A DNA stretch of 63,124 nucleotides, filler included, from Octopus bimaculoides (GCF_001194135.2; 10 parts of 9 records of this genome joined end to end with filler, not necessarily neighbours in it), one strand, 5' to 3'. Positions 23,104-37,254 are shown, counted from the first letter of the whole stretch. Translations and numbers: made by a program. The notes: generated by a model from the letters alone, not told the origin.

Positions 23104-23199
23104 ACTAATGTGAATCTTATCTTTTGCCTTTAACCCTTTATCTATAGGTGAATTGTGCCATAGCAACAATCTACCCATCGCACCCTGTATATATAATCA

Positions 23200-23561
23200 T
23201 AGGTGTGGCTGTGTAGCAAGAAGTTTGCTTCCAAGCTACATGGTTTTCAGTTCAGTCCCACCACGTGACACCTTGGGCAAGTGTCTTCTACTATAGCCTC
23301 AGGCCAACCAAAGCCTTGTGAGTGGACTTGGTAGATGGAAACTGAAAGAAACCCCGTCGTATATATGTATGTGTGTGTGTGTGTGTGTGCATGTGTGTGT
23401 GTCTGTGTCTGTCTCTGTATTTTTGTGTGAGAATGTGTATGTGTCTGCATGTATGTGTGTTTGTCTGTCTGTGTGTGTGTGTCTGTCTGTGTATGTGTGT
23501 CTGTCTGTGTGTGTGTCTGTCTGTGTGTGTGTCTGTCTATGTGTGTGTCTGTCTGTGTGTG

Positions 23562-23594
<33 letters not shown>

Positions 23595-23790
23595 CTGTCT
23601 GTGTCTGTGTGTGTTTGTCTGCCACCACTGCTCGACAAACAAAGGGTGTTGGTGTGTTTACATCTCCTTAACTTAGCAGTTTGGCAAAAGAGACTGACAG
23701 AAGAATTACCAGCCTTAAAAAATAAGTACCAGGGTTGATTTGTTTGAGTAAAATTCTCCAAGGGAGCGACCCAGCAATATTGCAGACTTA
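23200..23790 (+). mobile_element. SINE family A copy with expanded internal (TG)n tract and tail
   Basis: Head 23200-23362, TG-rich tract to ~23620, then a tail matching 3020-3175. Confidence 0.8.
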
Positions 23791-24720
23791 TAAGTAATTT
23801 ATTTATAATGAAATATGATAATAAATGTTATTTACATGTTTTTCAGTTACAAAACAAATTTCTCATGATATTTGGATATTATTTTTTGTTAAATAAAAGT
23901 TTATGTAAACATTTCTCTGTCATTTATGACTTAATACACACTCACACTCNNNNNNNNNNNNNNNNNNNNNNNNNNNNNNNNNNNNNNNNNNNNNNNNNNN
24001 NNNNNNNNNNNNNNNNNNNNNNNNNNNNNNNNNNNNNNNNNNNNNNNNNNNNNNNNNNNNNNNNNNNNNNNNNNNNNNNNNNNNNNNNNNNNNNNNNNNN
24101 NNNNNNNNNNNNNNNNNNNNNNNNNNNNNNNNNNNNNNNNNNNNNNNNNNNNNNNNNNNNNNNNNNNNNNNNNNNNNNNNNNNNNNNNNNNNNNNNNNNN
24201 NNNNNNNNNNNNNNNNNNNNNNNNNNNNNNNNNNNNNNNNNNNNNNNNNNNNNNNNNNNNNNNNNNNNNNNNNNNNNNNNNNNNNNNNNNNNNNNNNNNN
24301 NNNNNNNNNNNNNNNNNNNNNNNNNNNNNNNNNNNNNNNNNNNNNNNNNNNNNNNNNNNNNNNNNNNNNNNNNNNNNNNNNNNNNNNNNNNNNNNNNNNN
24401 NNNNNNNNNNNNNNNNNNNNNNNNNNNNNNNNNNNNNNNNNNNNNNNNNNNNNNNNNNNNNNNNNNNNNNNNNNNNNNNNNNNNNNNNNNNNNNNNNNNN
24501 NNNNNNNNNNNNNNNNNNNNNNNNNNNNNNNNNNNNNNNNNNNNNNNNNNNNNNNNNNNNNNNNNNNNNNNNNNNNNNNNNNNNNNNNNNNNNNNNNNNN
24601 NNNNCAGCATCACCACGATCAACAGCAGTAGCAGCATCACCACCACCACCACCACCACCACCACCACCACTGCCACCACCACTGCCATCAACATCATCAT
24701 CGTTGCCATCATCATCATCG

Positions 24721-24739
<19 letters not shown>

Positions 24740-24752
<13 letters not shown>

Positions 24753-24960
24753 GTTGTCGTCATCACTTATTTTAATGTAGCTTTTTCCATACTTTGCATG
24801 GATGAGACAAAAAAATTCATTGAGGCAGGTTTTATGCGACCAGATGCCCTTCCTGTTGCTAACCCTCGCCTATTTCCAAATGGTTAATATTTCCCCATAG
24901 CTGAACATGTTTATCATGAAATATCAGAAACAACCAGCATTGCTTGCATAATAACAGTGA
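24740..24960 (-). mobile_element. RTE-tail SINE fragment (family C-related)
   Basis: (CAT)n tail, gatgcccttcctg core, and similarity to 5821-6030. Confidence 0.65.
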
Positions 24961-25059
24961 TGATACTCATTTACAATGTCATGTGATATAAAAACAAGGT
25001 CACACACAGAGGCACCCCCCTCACACAGACACACACAGATATACAAGCATATACATACA

Positions 25060-25215
25060 TACATATACGACAGGCTTCTTTCAGTTTCCGTCAAGCAAAT
25101 CCAATCACCAGGCTTTGGTTGGCCCGAGGCTATAGCAGAAGACACTTGCCCAAGGTGACATGCAGTGGGACTGAACCCGAAACCATGTGGTTGGTAAGCA
25201 AGCTGCTTACCACAC
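25060..25215 (-). mobile_element. SINE family A copy
   Basis: Reverse complement of the family A head. Confidence 0.85.
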
Positions 25216-25234
25216 ATCCCCTCCTGTTTCTATG

Positions 25235-25269
<35 letters not shown>

Positions 25270-25844
25270 NNNNNNNNNNNNNNNNNNNNNNNNNNNNNNN
25301 NNNNNNNNNNNNNNNNNNNNNNNNNNNNNNNNNNNNNNNNNNNNNNNNNNNNNNNNNNNNNNNNNNNNNNNNNNNNNNNNNNNNNNNNNNNNNNNNNNNN
25401 NNNNNNNNNNNNNNNNNNNNNNNNNNNNNNNNNNNNNNNNNNNNNNNNNNNNNNNNNNNNNNNNNNNNNNNNNNNNNNNNNNNNNNNNNNNNNNNNNNNN
25501 NNNNNNNNNNNNNNNNNNNNNNNNNNNNNNNNNNNNNNNNNNNNNNNNNNNNNNNNNNNNNNNNNNNNNNNNNNNNNNNNNNNNNNNNNNNNNNNNNNNN
25601 NNNNNNNNNNNNNNNNNNNNNNNNNNNNNNNNNNNNNNNNNNNNNNNNNNNNNNNNNNNNNNNNNNNNNNNNNNNNNNNNNNNNNNNNNNNNNNNNNNNN
25701 NNNNNNNNNNNNNNNNNNNNNNNNNNNNNNNNNNNNNNNNNNNNNNNNNNNNNNNNNNNNNNNNNNNNNNNNNNNNNNNNNNNNNNNNNNNNNNNNNNNN
25801 NNNNNNNNNNNNNNNNNNNNNNNNNNNNNNNNNNNNNNNNNNNN

Positions 25845-25884
<40 letters not shown>

Positions 25885-25885
<1 letters not shown>

Positions 25886-26345
25886 ATCATCATCAGCAGC
25901 ATCAACTTCAGCTTCATCATAATTTAGCGTCCATTTTCCATTCTAGCATGGGTTGGATGGTATGACAGGAACTAGGCTGCTGAATAGCTGTCCAGGCCCT
26001 GTTTGTCTATTCTGACATGGTTTCTACGGCTGGATGCCCTTCCTGCCACCAACCACATTACAGTGTGGACTGTGTGCCTTTACACGTCACCGGCATGGTT
26101 GCCCTTACATGACACTGGAACAGGTGCCTTTTATGTGGCACCCACCTGAGTGCTTTATACATGGACCCAACACCCTCAAGCTCGAAAAGGTAGGAGCACC
26201 CAGCTGAAGTGGGATGTAGGGGACATGCCACAATGCAAGGACAGCCATGATCTTACTTAGCTTGATGCGTTTTCTCAAGCACAGCAAACCATCAGAAGTT
26301 TCGGTCCTTTGACATTCCCTTCATGAGCCCAACATCTGAAGATCC
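25885..26345 (-). mobile_element. SINE family C-related copy
   Basis: Tail tttccattctagcatgggttgga and core ctggatgcccttcctgccaccaaccac. Confidence 0.65.
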
Positions 26346-26423
26346 TTTGTCACCATTTTGTTCCATGTCATCCTGTCTATATATCTATCTATCTATCTAT
26401 CTCTCTATCTATCTATCTATCCA

Positions 26424-26466
<43 letters not shown>

Positions 26467-26839
26467 TTATCTATCTCTGCACACACACACCCACACACAC
26501 ACATATTAACATATAATAACAACAGACTAATAGGTTATCTAGTATTGCTACACTTGTTTCGCTAAGTGTTTTTATTGTGATGTAAACATGTGACAGTCAC
26601 GTATAAAGTATGCATAACATCCATAAGATTATATAAAACATTAAGCAACTCTCAACCCATCATGCTCACGAAATAAGCAAGAAAACAGTAATATGTTGAT
26701 CAATCAACCCATCACTGGTAATCCTGATGAGTTGAGAGTCATGTAACATATTATGCAATGCCATGGATGTTGTACATATTATACACCCAACTGTACCATG
26801 TTTATGACACAATTTATATATATTTGATGGAAACCATTT

Positions 26840-27035
26840 AGGTTTCAAATTTTGGCACAAGGCCAGCAATTTCTGGAGAAGGACTAATTTGATTACATTG
26901 ACCTCCAGTACTCAACTGGTATTTATTTTATTGACCCCTTAAAGGGATGAAAGGCAAAACTAACCTATGTGGAATCTGAACCCAGAATGTAAAGACAGAC
27001 AAAATGCTGTTAAGCATTTTGTCCAGCATGCTAGT
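26840..27035 (-). mobile_element. SINE family B copy, CpG-decayed
   Basis: gatgaaaggcaaaac...ggaatctgaacccagaatgtaaagacagac. Confidence 0.7.
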
Positions 27036-27354
27036 ACATCATCTTATATTGTAAATATGTTATAAACATATTGTAAAACATAGTATAAACACATTGTCAG
27101 CATTGTAGAATATGTGGTACAGTTGGTGTGAAACACAATATGTAAGATGAATTTGATTGAGAGGAACATTAAGTTTCTTATCTCAATAACTCCTGACCTA
27201 AATGTTGTCATAACATACGATCCCCCATTTTATGTTCATTCTTGGTTATGTGAGGATTTCAATGTTGAGAGAAAGTGTTTATTTATAGAGAAGAACACAT
27301 TAAACATTTGTGGGAAAACATTATAAATATTATGAGCATCTGAGGGATGTATAT

Positions 27355-27358
27355 TTAT

Positions 27359-27424
<66 letters not shown>

Positions 27425-27454
27425 GAATAGCTAGATAAATAATAGATAGATAGG

Positions 27455-27493
<39 letters not shown>

Positions 27494-27658
27494 ATAAATA
27501 GATAGATAGATAAATAAATAGATAGATAGATAAATAAATAATAGACAGATACATAGATAAATAGATAGATAGATAAATAAATAAATAGATAGATAGATAG
27601 ATAGATAGATAAATGATAGATAGATAAATAGATGGATAGATAGATATAGAGATGTATG

Positions 27659-27695
<37 letters not shown>
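27355..27695. repeat. (GATA)n-rich compound microsatellite
   Basis: Direct reading of the sequence. Confidence 0.95.
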
Positions 27696-27944
27696 NNNNN
27701 NNNNNNNNNNNNNNNNNNNNNNNNNNNNNNNNNNNNNNNNNNNNNNNNNNNNNNNNNNNNNNNNNNNNNNNNNNNNNNNNNNNNNNNNNNNNNNNNNNNN
27801 NNNNNNNNNNNNNNNNNNNNNNNNNNNNNNNNNNNNNNNNNNNNNNNNNNNNNNNNTATATATATATATATATATGTGTGTATGTATATGTGTGTGTATA
27901 CACACACACACAAATATCTCTGTTAATATATACATGTGTGTAAA

Positions 27945-28345
27945 GTGGTGAGCTGGCAGAATCGTAAGCATGCTGGACGAAATGCTTCAAGGTATTTTGT
28001 CTGCCACATTCTGAGTTCAAATTCTGCCGAGGTCGACTTTGCCTTTCATCCTTTCGGGGTCGATAAATTAAGTACCAGTTACACACTGGGGTCGTTGTAA
28101 TCGACTTAATCCCTTCGCCTGTCCTTGTTTGTCCCCTCTATGTTTAGCCCCACTGTGGGCAATAAAGAAATAAGAAATGTTAGCACGCTGAGTGAAATGT
28201 CTTTACATTCAGAGATCAAATTCCACCGAGGTTGGCTTTGCCCTTCATCCTTTTGAGGTCGATAAATTAAGTACCAGTTGTATAGTGAGGTCGATCTAAT
28301 CAACTGGACCCTGCTCCCCAATAAATTTCGGGCCTTGTGCCTTGT
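27945..28345 (+). mobile_element. Two tandem SINE family B copies
   Basis: gaggtcgactttgcctttcatcc...gataaattaagtaccagtt occurs twice. Confidence 0.85.
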
Positions 28346-28360
28346 GTAGAAAAGAATATA

Positions 28361-28424
<64 letters not shown>

Positions 28425-28469
28425 GAGTGAGACAGAGAGAGAGACAGACAGACAGACAAATATGTATAT

Positions 28470-28640
28470 AGCTTTCTTTTACTTGTTTCAGTCATTAGAT
28501 TGTGGCCAAGCTGGGGCACCACCTTCAAGAATTTTAGTTGAATAACTTAAACTCAGTACAAATATTTTCTTAAAACCTAGTACTTATTTCATTGATCTCA
28601 TTTGCCAAACCACTAAGTTATGTGGACATAATCATTCCAG

Positions 28641-28699
<59 letters not shown>

Positions 28700-29095
28700 C
28701 GGGCTTCTTTCAGCTTCTGTCTACTAAATTCACTAATGAGGCTTTGGTCAGCTTGAGGCTATATTAAAGACGCTTGCCCTGGGTGCCTGGAACAATGTAG
28801 TTGGGAGACAAGTTTCTTATGACACACCCATGCCTGCACCTGTGTGCATGTGTGTGTGTGTATGCATGCCTGTGTGTGCATGTGTGTGCGTGCACATGTA
28901 CGTGTGTGTGTGTGTTATGTATGTCTATGCTTAATTGCTTAATAGGTGCAGGCATGGCTGTGTGGTAAGAAGTTTCTTCTTCAGTTTCCTTGCTCAGCCA
29001 TTTGGGCAAGTGCTTTCTGTTATAGCTCCAGACTGACCAAGGCTTTATGAGTGGATTTGGTTGACAGAAACTGAAAGAATCATGTCATGTGTATT
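28470..29095. mobile_element. Two SINE family A copies head-to-head (minus 28470-28790, plus 28948-29095)
   Basis: Similarity to the family A head and tail. Confidence 0.7.
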
Positions 29096-29149
29096 ACATA
29101 TCTATCTATCTATCTATCATCTCTCTCTCTCTCTTTCTCTCTATCATCA

Positions 29150-29460
29150 TCATCATCATCATCATCATCATCGTTTAACGTCCGCTTTCCATGCTAGCAT
29201 GGGTTGGACGATTTAACTGAGGACTGGTGAAACCGGATGGCAACACCAGGCTCCAATCTGATTTGGCAGAGTTTCTACAGCTGGATGCCCTTCCTAACGC
29301 CAACCACTCCGAGAGTGTAGTGGGTGCTTTTACGTGCCACCGGCACGAAGGCCAGTCAGGCGGTACTGGCAACGGCCACGCTCAAAATGGTGCATTTTAT
29401 GTGCCACCTGCACAAGAGTCAGTCCAGGGGCACTGGCAACGATCTCGCTCGAAAATCCTA
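29150..29460 (-). mobile_element. SINE family C copy, 5'-truncated, two array units
   Basis: Near-identical reverse complement of 11860-12160. Confidence 0.85.
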
Positions 29461-29567
29461 CGAAGGCCTATCTATCTATCTATCTATCCATCTATCTATC
29501 CATCTATCTATCTATCTATCTATCTATATGTATTATCACCATCATTGTTATTTAATGCCCTTTAACT

Positions 29568-29607
<40 letters not shown>

Positions 29608-30914
29608 CACACACGCGTAAACTTATATGTATTTACATGTGTCTGTGTTTCTGTCTCTTCTTTCTGATATTATATGACAGCTGTAAACAAGTGTCACCTT
29701 CATACAAGTGGTGTCATTCATTTTCAATAATCATAGAAAAAGATGTCCAATTATGATGTAACGTCAGCTGCACACAACACAAAGGTCGCTAACAAAGCAC
29801 TGCTGTCCATTGTGTCCACAGTGTCTCTAGGGAAAATCATATTGAATCAATTTTAGACAAATACCAAAGGTCAGAACTGCTGTTGATGTAATTCTTGAAA
29901 AGATTATGTGCTTCATATATCACAAGAATTTAAAAGAAAATAATGGCCAAGTAGCCGTTATTTCCTTGTAATATTCTTTGTGCCAAATATGGCATATAAT
30001 TCCTGTCTTGCAGGTAAACCAAGTATATTTGAAGGACAGGTGAAAAGTTCCTGGCTTCGGGTAGAAGAAAATACAGGAGGATCAGTTAATTATGGTTTTA
30101 TTCAGCATCTTCCCCTCTCAGGTTCATGCACTTGTTGCAGCAGTCCTTTAATTTTCCTAAGCCCTGTAAAAGAACTTGGAAGGCTAGGCCTTCAGCCAGG
30201 CTTTTTACAATACCCTTAAAGCTAGGGACTTTTCAGCATTCCCTTACATAGATATGTGTGGATATATTGGTCAAGACAAGGTTGCATGTCTAACTAGTCT
30301 AGTATGAACCCAGCTCTCAAAGTCTATCACTAAGTTAAGATGACAATCGTCTTAAAGCATTAGTCACAATTTTGAAGAATTTGTCTTTAAGGTTACAAGC
30401 AGCAGACATGTGGCTGGCCGAAACGTTTTGACTGAAATCATTTGGTTCATTTGATGAACATCCGTTTTTCCAAGTTACAGTTGGTTTAGACAGAGAATTA
30501 TTTGAGCTGGATGATCTTCCTGTCACTAACCCTTGTCCATTTGGTGAGTGAAGGAATTAACTTTATTTTTATAGTGGAGGTTTTCTAAAGGACAGAGAGA
30601 GAAATAGACTGACAAATAAACAGATATATACTGATGTATGTGTGTGTGTGTGTGTGTATATATATATTGCCAGTGGCATGTAAAAAAAAACCCACTGCAC
30701 TCTCGGAGTGGTTGGCATTAGGAAGGGCATCCAGCTGAAGAAACCTTGTCAGATCAGATTGGAGCCTGGTGCAGCCTACTAAAGGCTTGGGAACGTCAGG
30801 GAAAAAGGTCTGGCTTAGCAGGTGTCCCAGTGTATCACAGGCTGGATTCAGTCGTCATCCTGCCACTGTGGTCAAACAATCTTCAAGAAAAGGTAAAAAT
30901 AAACATCCTTTGAA

Positions 30915-33077
30915 TTTTGGCTGTTGGTGATAATTTCAACAAGAGGCCAGGAAGGCGTACTGCACTTTTTGCATGTGATCTTAAGAAATATTCCCTTGAT
31001 ATAGTTGTGCTCTCTGAAATTCATCTCTCTGGTGAGGGTCAAGTAAATGAACCTACTTATGGATATACTATCTTTTGGAAAGAATCTGGTATTGGATTTG
31101 CTCTCAAGAATTCATTATTATCCTCCATTGTAGAGCTTCCAAATGGTATATCTGAACGGATCATGTCATGCCATATTAAACTGACAAAATGTAGATTTCT
31201 TATCATTGTCAGTATTTATGTACCAACAATGTCCCATTCTGATGAAACTGTAGAACATTTTTATGATGATCTAGCACAATTATTGAGGAAAGTGCCAATT
31301 TCTGACAAGCTGGTCATATTCCAATATGATTTCAATGCAAGAGTTGGAAAGGACTATGTTTTATGGCCTGTTTTAAGCTGACATGGGATTGGAAAATGTA
31401 ATAAAAATGGAGTAGCAGTTTTGACGTTTTGTTCTGAGAATAATCTGGTTGTTACCAACACTCTGTTTAAACAGAAAACTAAATATAAAAGCACCTGGAT
31501 GCACCCAAGATCTAAGCACTGGCATCTCATAGATTATATTTTGATCAGAAAATGTGACATGAAAGATGTTTCTAGCGTTCGGGCCATGAGAGGGGCAGAG
31601 AGCTGGACTGACCATCATCTACTGCGTGGCAAAATAGATTTTTCGATAAANNNNNNNNNNACTGACCATCATCTACTGCGTGGCAAAATAGATTTTTCGA
31701 TAAAACCTAAAAACCGACAGTCTGGTCCTAAGATACCCAAAAAGTTAAATGTTGTAAACTTTAAATTATCAAGCATCTTGAAAAGATTCCACGGTGCTAT
31801 ATAAAGAATCAATCTTGACCCAAACAATCTATGGGAAGATTTCAAAGCAAAAGTATTTCAGGCTGCAAGTTCGTCAGTGGGATTTAAATCACATAAGTCC
31901 AGTGACTGGTTCTCAGGTCAATCAGTAGAAATTCATGATCTACTTTTAGAAAAACAAAAGGTAGGCAACACACTTCTTTCTCAGTCCTTGAACCCCAGCT
32001 CAAACGAAACTTACAGAAAGCTGGAAAGGAAAGTGCAGACTGCTCTAAGGAAAATTACACAGGGATGGTGGAATGATAGAGCAAAGGGGGAACAAGAAGC
32101 CGATAGAAATGGTGCCAAGGGTTTGTACTCTTATGTTAAGGAGGTATATGGCCCGAAATCTTCAATAGCTCCAGTGAGAATAGAAGATGGATGTTTTCTT
32201 CTGACTGACACCACTTCTATTCATAAGCGTTGGGTAGGACATTTTTCTGCACTTTTGAATAGATCATCATCTGCTGACATGAGGACGATAGAAAAAAATC
32301 GAACACCTTCCAGTTATAGAAGAGATGGCATTTGAACCAACTCTAAATGACATTTATTTAGCTGTGAATAAGCTGAATAACAATAAGACTCCAGGGTCTG
32401 ATGGAATCTGTGCAGAAGTCTTGAAATATGGGGGTGACAAAATGATGGAACTCTTAAATATATTAATCTGTCACTGTTGGAGAACTGAGAAAGTGCCTCA
32501 AGACTGGATTGATGCTATTTTAGTATCCTTGCATAAAAAGGGGCCAAAGGATCTGTGTGGTAATTTTCGTGGGATTTCACTTTTGTTTGAAGTTGGAAAG
32601 GTACTTGCCCGAATTATGTTAGAACGTTTAAATACCTATATTGTTCCAAATATGGTGTCTGAGTCACAGTGTAGTTTTCGTTCCTCCAGGGGAACAGCTG
32701 ATTGTATCTTTACTATCAAACAATTGCAAGAAAAGTGCATTGAACAGAATCTTGCTGTATACCATTGCTTTGTTGATTTGAGCAAAGCATTTGATACTGT
32801 TAATCGAAATGCTCTGTAGCTAATTCTAAGGAAAATAGGTTGTCCAGAAAAATTTGTAAACATGATCAGGGCTTTGCATCAAGATATGAAAGCTAGAGTT
32901 ACTTTTGGTGGTAGGCTCTCTGAATCTTTTGCCGTGGAAAATGGAGTAAAGCAAGGAGACCTTGATGCACCCACCCTCTTTGCAATATACATTTCTGCTG
33001 TGTTGTCACATGCTTTTCAAAACTCTGGGGAGGATATTTACATAAAATATCCAACAACAGGGAATGTTTTTAATCTG
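30915..33077 (+). mobile_element. RTE-clade LINE (APE plus RT), frameshifted and cut by a linker gap
   Basis: RPGRRTALFACDLKKYSLDIVVLSE, DFNARVG, TWMHPRSKHWHLIDYI, SWTDHHL, PGSDGI, NFRGISLL, FVDLSKAFDTVNR and GVKQG. Confidence 0.92.
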
Positions 33078-35674
33078 NNNNNNNNNNNNNNNNNNNNNNN
33101 NNNNNNNNNNNNNNNNNNNNNTTAATTAATTAANNNNNNNNNNNNNNNNNNNNNNNNNNNNNNNNNNNNNNNNNNNNCTTATAGCATTTAGTTGGGGAGA
33201 AACTAACACTTTTAGGTGTTTAAATCACAAAAATTCGATTCAAGAATGTTCATAATGGCTGTGACATATGCTTGTATAATCCTGGAAAGGGATATATACG
33301 AAATTTGACATCACGTAGTGGGTGAAGGCAGGTCACCATATGTAAGACCCAGAATTGAAAGAGAAGAACGATGAAGTTGCGCATATTTTCCTACTGCTCT
33401 TTCAAGAATAGATACGTAGTTGGCGCAGGTATCTGGAAGCAGCATTTACCATTAAGTATGGTAAATCTTCTAGAGGTGCAGATAATTTTAGGAAATCTAG
33501 CATCTGTGTTCCATGGCATTTGATATATCTATATGTGTCTCTCACTTTATATTCATATATGCGTGTGTGTGCGGGGGTGAGTATGGATGTATGAGTGTAT
33601 GTATATTATTTGGTGCTCATATGTGAGAGTATATGATTGTGCGTGTTTGCATGCATCAAATTTCAGAGATAATGTTGTTCTTTTCATGCTAATTTAAAAT
33701 TTTGCAAACGTATTCTCAGGAACCTGTCAATGTATTTATACAAATATTTGTGTTTGTGTGTACATTATACCTGTTACTTCATTTGTCATTTTATATTCAT
33801 GACATCCCCTGACTTCCATAAAAATTATTAGTCTTATATCACTGTGAATTTTACTAAGATGCGGTGTGAGAATTTAAGTTTATCTATTTCTACGCTGCTG
33901 ATGTTGCATATAGTTGTAAGGTCAATGACTATACCTTCATTGCGGTACTAAACTTTACGATTAAATTTGAAGTTTCTGCCGAGTCTTTTGTCTTCACAAA
34001 ACCAAATAATTCTTTAAAATATGCTCCAAGCTATTTAAGTAAAATTACCACTGCCATCTCATACAAGATGTCAAGTATATATAACTATGTCTTTATAGAC
34101 AGTGATTTTGAATAAATAGTATATTAAAGTCACGGTGATGACATCAAGAAAATGCAAAGGGAGCATAATCTTGGTTCATTCTCCACATTTGTAACACCAA
34201 ATATGAAAATATTTCTGCAAATTTGTGCAGTTCTCTCACTCTATGAAAACACAAAAAAATTTTAACTACCACGCTTTTAAATCTATTTTCTGAACAATAA
34301 CAGACATCACTATATATTATACATCAATAAATAATAAACTAAGTAATTTATTATGCTATCTCTAACAATATTAAAACCTATACATGTAATAGCCAATCTG
34401 AGAAATATAACCTTAATCCAAGTGGCACTGACTACATCGTTTTAACTGCCAACCCATTCAAAGTTAGAGATCATAAGGAAACTTATACCTTCAGAAATAA
34501 CCAGAATAAAGAAATAATTCTGTGTTAGGAGATTTTGTAATGAACTCTGAATGATAAAATTCAGAAAAGGGATATACATATAGATACATATACATGCATA
34601 CATACATACGTACATACATACATACATACATACATACATACATACATAAATACATACATACACACACACACACACAGACATATATGTATANNNNNNNNNN
34701 NNNNNNNNNNNNNNNNNNNNNNNNNNNNNNNNNNNNNNNNNNNNNNNNNNNNNNNNNNNNNNNNNNNNNNNNNNNNNNNNNNNNNNNNNNNNNNNNNNNN
34801 NNNNNNNNNNNNNNNNNNNNNNNNNNNNNNNNNNNNNNNNNNNNNNNNNNNNNNNNNNNNNNNNNNNNNNNNNNNNNNNNNNNNNNNNNNNNNNNNNNNN
34901 NNNNNNNNNNNNNNNNNNNNNNNNNNNNNNNNNNNNNNNNNNNNNNNNNNNNNNNNNNNNNNNNNNNNNNNNNNNNNNNNNNNNNNNNNNNNNNNNNNNN
35001 NNNNNNNNNNNNNNNNNNNNNNNNNNNNNNNNNNNNNNNNNNNNNNNNNNNNNNNNNNNNNNNNNNNNNNNNNNNNNNNNNNNNNNNNNNNNNNNNNNNN
35101 NNNNNNNNNNNNNNNNNNNNNNNNNNNNNNNNNNNNNNNNNNNNNNNNNNNNNNNNNNNNNNNNNNNNNNNNNNNNNNNNNNNNNNNNNNNNNNNNNNNN
35201 NNNNNNNNNNNNNNNNNNNNNNNNNNNNNNNNNNNNNNNNNNNNNNNNNNNNNNNNNNNNNNNNNNNNNNNNNNNNNNNNNNNNNNNNNNNNNNNNNNNN
35301 NNNNNNNNNNNNNNNNNNNNNNNNNNNNNNNNNNNNNNNNNNNNNNNNNNNNNNNNNNNNNNNNNNNNNNNNNNNNNNNNNNNNNNNNNNNNNNNNNNNN
35401 NNNNNNNNNNNNNNNNNNNNNNNNNNNNNNNNNNNNNNNNNNNNNNNNNNNNNATTACTGGAAAGCTATAGAAATATAAAATTATATTCTGAATATATGA
35501 TTCAATTATCAAAATAAAGAGTGGTAATTTCATTAATTAATAATAATATTCTGCAATAACACATTCAGGAATAACTGAAAAAAATTACTTGACTCTGAAA
35601 AATTACCAGTTGAAATACATAGATTAGGAGCTTCAATTGTTTTCTGTTTGAATAAACACACACAGACAAACGCG

Positions 35675-35709
<35 letters not shown>

Positions 35710-36109
35710 AACCTCCCCCCCCACACACACACACGGCAGGAATTTCGGAAAGGTGAAAATTTGCAGCAGTGCTAAGTTTCCGAGGATTTATGCTCATAAG
35801 TTAAGATCGTTTCATCATATTTACTTAAGATAGTGTATTTAGCGAATAAGCTAGCTAAACTTCCCATCGTTCACAGTAGGTTCGGGGGTCTCTTGTTACC
35901 CTCCTAATTTTTTTAACAGCTAAACTTATTTGAATTTTAGAAACTTCCTCCATTTTTCTAGCGCCATATATAATTATAAAACTTGGATATATTCTCATAT
36001 TTATTTTTATCTTTAATAGTTCTTTTAACATTATTTTGATGTTTCTGAAGATTCCTTTCAAAACTAATTAAATTGTATCAACTTTCTGCTAATATTCATC
36101 TCCAGAGTA

Positions 36110-36660
36110 TTCTAGAGGTCAACGTTGCCTTTCGTACTCTCGGAATCGATAAAATGAAGTACCAATGAAGCACGAGCCGATGTAATCAGTTCGCCCCTAC
36201 CCCACTTCAAAATTGCTGGCATAGTAAAAAAAATTATAAGAACATTCTTCTTATTGTTATTAAGGTGGTGAACTGGCAGAATCGTTAGCACGCTGAGCAA
36301 AAATTCTTGGGGGCTTTCGTCCGTCTTTAAGTTTTTGACTTTGACTTTCATCCTTTTAGGGTCAATAAAATAAATACCTGTTGAGCATTGAGTTCGATGT
36401 AATCGACTTACACTCTCCAAAATATGAAACCATTATTACTAAGGCAGTGAGTTGGCAGGATCGTTAGCACCTCCGAGAAAAGGTTTGGCGGGTTTACTTC
36501 TGGCTGTTTACGTATTCAGTTCAAATCACGCCAAGATCAACCTTACCTATCGTTCTTTTGAAGTTGGGCTTCGACAAACTAAAGTGCCAGTCAAGTACTC
36601 GCTTGATGTGATCGACTAAACTCACACCCTTAAAAGTTGTTGACCTTGTACAAAAATTAG
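36110..36660 (+). mobile_element. Cluster of three to four SINE family B copies or fragments
   Basis: Repeated gagtt/ctggcagaatcgttagcac heads and tttgcctttcatcc bodies. Confidence 0.7.
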
Positions 36661-37034
36661 ACGGAATTATTGCTCTTATAATCATTAGTCAATATTCTAA
36701 GAACACAAACTGGTATCCCAATATCTTCATGGAAGTTCTTTCGTGTATTTCGTATCTATTTTGTTTTTCGTAATTGATATTGCACGTAAAATATAGGTTA
36801 TATGAAGCTGACGATTTCTTTAAAAAAATTAAAATGCGCTCTTACAGGATTACCTAAGATTAAACATTTTAAGATCCTTGTAATGTGTACGCTAAAAAGG
36901 AAGTAAATATGTATATTCAATGTATTTTCTTCGATTTAAAATTCAAACATCTTATGCCATCAATTATCTAGAAATGATAGTCTCCCCTAGATAACCTGGC
37001 TATCAGGGGACCCAATATATTTGAAATATTGGTT

Positions 37035-37215
37035 TCAAATTTTGGCACAAAACCAGCAAGTTCGAGGGAGAAGCTAAACCGTTTAAATCGACACCATTGC
37101 TCAAAGGGTACTTCATTTTATCAACCTCAAAAGGATGAGACGCAAAGGCGACGTCGGCGGAATTTGCACGAAGAACCTAAAGACGTACAAAATTCCGGGA
37201 TGCTAACGATTTTGC
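37035..37215 (-). mobile_element. SINE family B copy
   Basis: ggatgagacgcaaaggcgacgtcggcggaatttg. Confidence 0.65.
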
Positions 37216-37254
37216 AAGTTCACGACCTTCGATATTTGAAATGGAAATCTTCTT

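Noticed and set aside
29215-29240. CTGAGGA-CTGGT-GAAAC in the antisense of SINE C
   Set aside because: No stem II pair and no matching stem I.
31611-31702. Direct repeat actgaccatcatctactgcgtggcaaaatagatttttcgataaa within the RTE
   Set aside because: It flanks a 10-N gap, so it is an unmerged contig overlap.
33300-33520. Minus-strand LPYLMVNAASRYLRQL, vaguely integrase-like
   Set aside because: Too short and stop-ridden to assign.
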